Assembly: GCF_018350175.1 (NCBI RefSeq)
Contig: NC_058373.1
Span: 111,726,001-111,790,000, forward strand
Length of the DNA: 64,000 nt
Source: Felis catus
Taxonomy: Eukaryota
Direction of reading: 5' to 3'
The translations under genes were made by a program, and so were the position numbers. Position 1 is the stretch's first letter; each line of letters starts with the position of its first letter. Shown here piece after piece: positions 62,951 through 64,000 of the stretch. The notes below the pieces were generated by a model, which saw only the letters and a list, made by a program, of their open reading frames with translations, was not told the origin of the DNA and did not search any database.

Positions 62951-64000
62951 AGGGTCGTAAGCACAGGTGTCTGCAGCTGGACTTTCACCTGCTTTTGTGG
63001 GCCGGCTGTCAGTCTAAAGCACCCGTCCTGCTCGGCTTTGATTCCCCTCAGTGGTTTCTCCCCCGATTTGGGGGCTTGTCCTGGCCCATCAGTTTGGAAA
63101 GTTCAGTTCCGAGCTGACTGCAGACCCCTCCCACTCCCTGACTGGATTGGCCAAAGCCCCTGCCAGGATGGGCCACTTAAGACTTAACTTAAGTCTTAAG
63201 TTAAGACTTAAGGTGGAAATCTTAACAGGCTTCCACCTTTCAGCTATTTTGGTTTTCTCCTGTGCTATGTCTGTAGATACCCTGTAGCTTCCCTCTGCTT
63301 TCTCTTAGGTGCCGAGAGCACCCAGGGCTTGCTGTTGGTGGTGGTTTATCCCCAGTCTGTTTGCATGTGGGGTTCATGGGAATACCCCACCACCTCCTTT
63401 GCTGGCCAATGTGGTCCACGGCCAGGTTTCTTGGTTTTGTTGGTCAGTAGCTCTGTCTGTCGGGACTCAAGAAGGTCCAAAGCCTGTGCTGCCACATCAC
63501 GGTCATCCTGCTGGGACTCTCCGGGCTGCAACAGTCACCTCAGGCTCCTCCTGCTTGGGCTCTCGGGCTAGGGATCTGCTAATTTAATTACAACCAGCTG
63601 TCTTAGAAACCGTCATCAGCACATAATTAAACAACACTTCTCTGAAGGGGCTTGGAGTTACAAAGTAAGTTAAGCTCTGCTAGAACATGACTTAAAAAGA
63701 AACTCCAGAAGATTTAAAAACAAATGCAGGGGATTTTTTTTTTCTTTTTTCACAGTGAGTTATGGTCCTGGGCTGGGTAAGAGATGTCGTTTATCCACAT
63801 TTTGCATTCTTCGCCCCAGTAGAGAACAATTCTCACAGTTGGATGTCCGACTCAGTAATCTGTCGGTTTTGCCCGACTAAAGTCACATCATTGATTGATG
63901 CCAAATCTCGCTCAATTAAAGGTTCATTTTTCTTTTGGCCGTTGGCAAATGCAACATTGATTATGGGTTATTAGCATCCACCCCCTCAGATTTGGAATGT

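Noticed and set aside
1..64000. tRNA genes, CRISPR arrays, operons or other prokaryote-type systems
   Set aside because: The DNA is mammalian; tRNA-like A/B-box segments are SINE heads with tails and TSDs, and no regularly spaced repeat-spacer array is present

Overview
Mammalian non-coding DNA, almost certainly from a felid (cat family): about 20 tRNA-derived Can-SINEs with (CT)n linkers and A-rich tails, many with target-site duplications (TSDs), lie on an older background of MIR, L2, L3/CR1, L1M, MaLR (MLT1) LTRs and MER5/MER63 DNA-transposon relics. I recognise no protein-coding exon or structural RNA gene; the ORF track reflects chance or repeat-derived frames. Non-repeat signals: a small CpG island near 4.6-4.85 kb, four strong CTCF-type motifs, and several homeobox-motif-rich enhancer-like blocks, consistent with a gene desert or large intron. 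The most unusual feature is a sharply bounded 109-bp segment, not recognisable as a transposon, present twice in inverted orientation 8.3 kb apart (22702-22810 and 31122-31230, 106/109 identical). Smaller perfect palindromes and a SINE with extra sequence inside its TSD were also seen. Boundaries of old repeats are approximate and family names come from recognition by eye, not a database search. I see no evidence for a novel multi-gene system.
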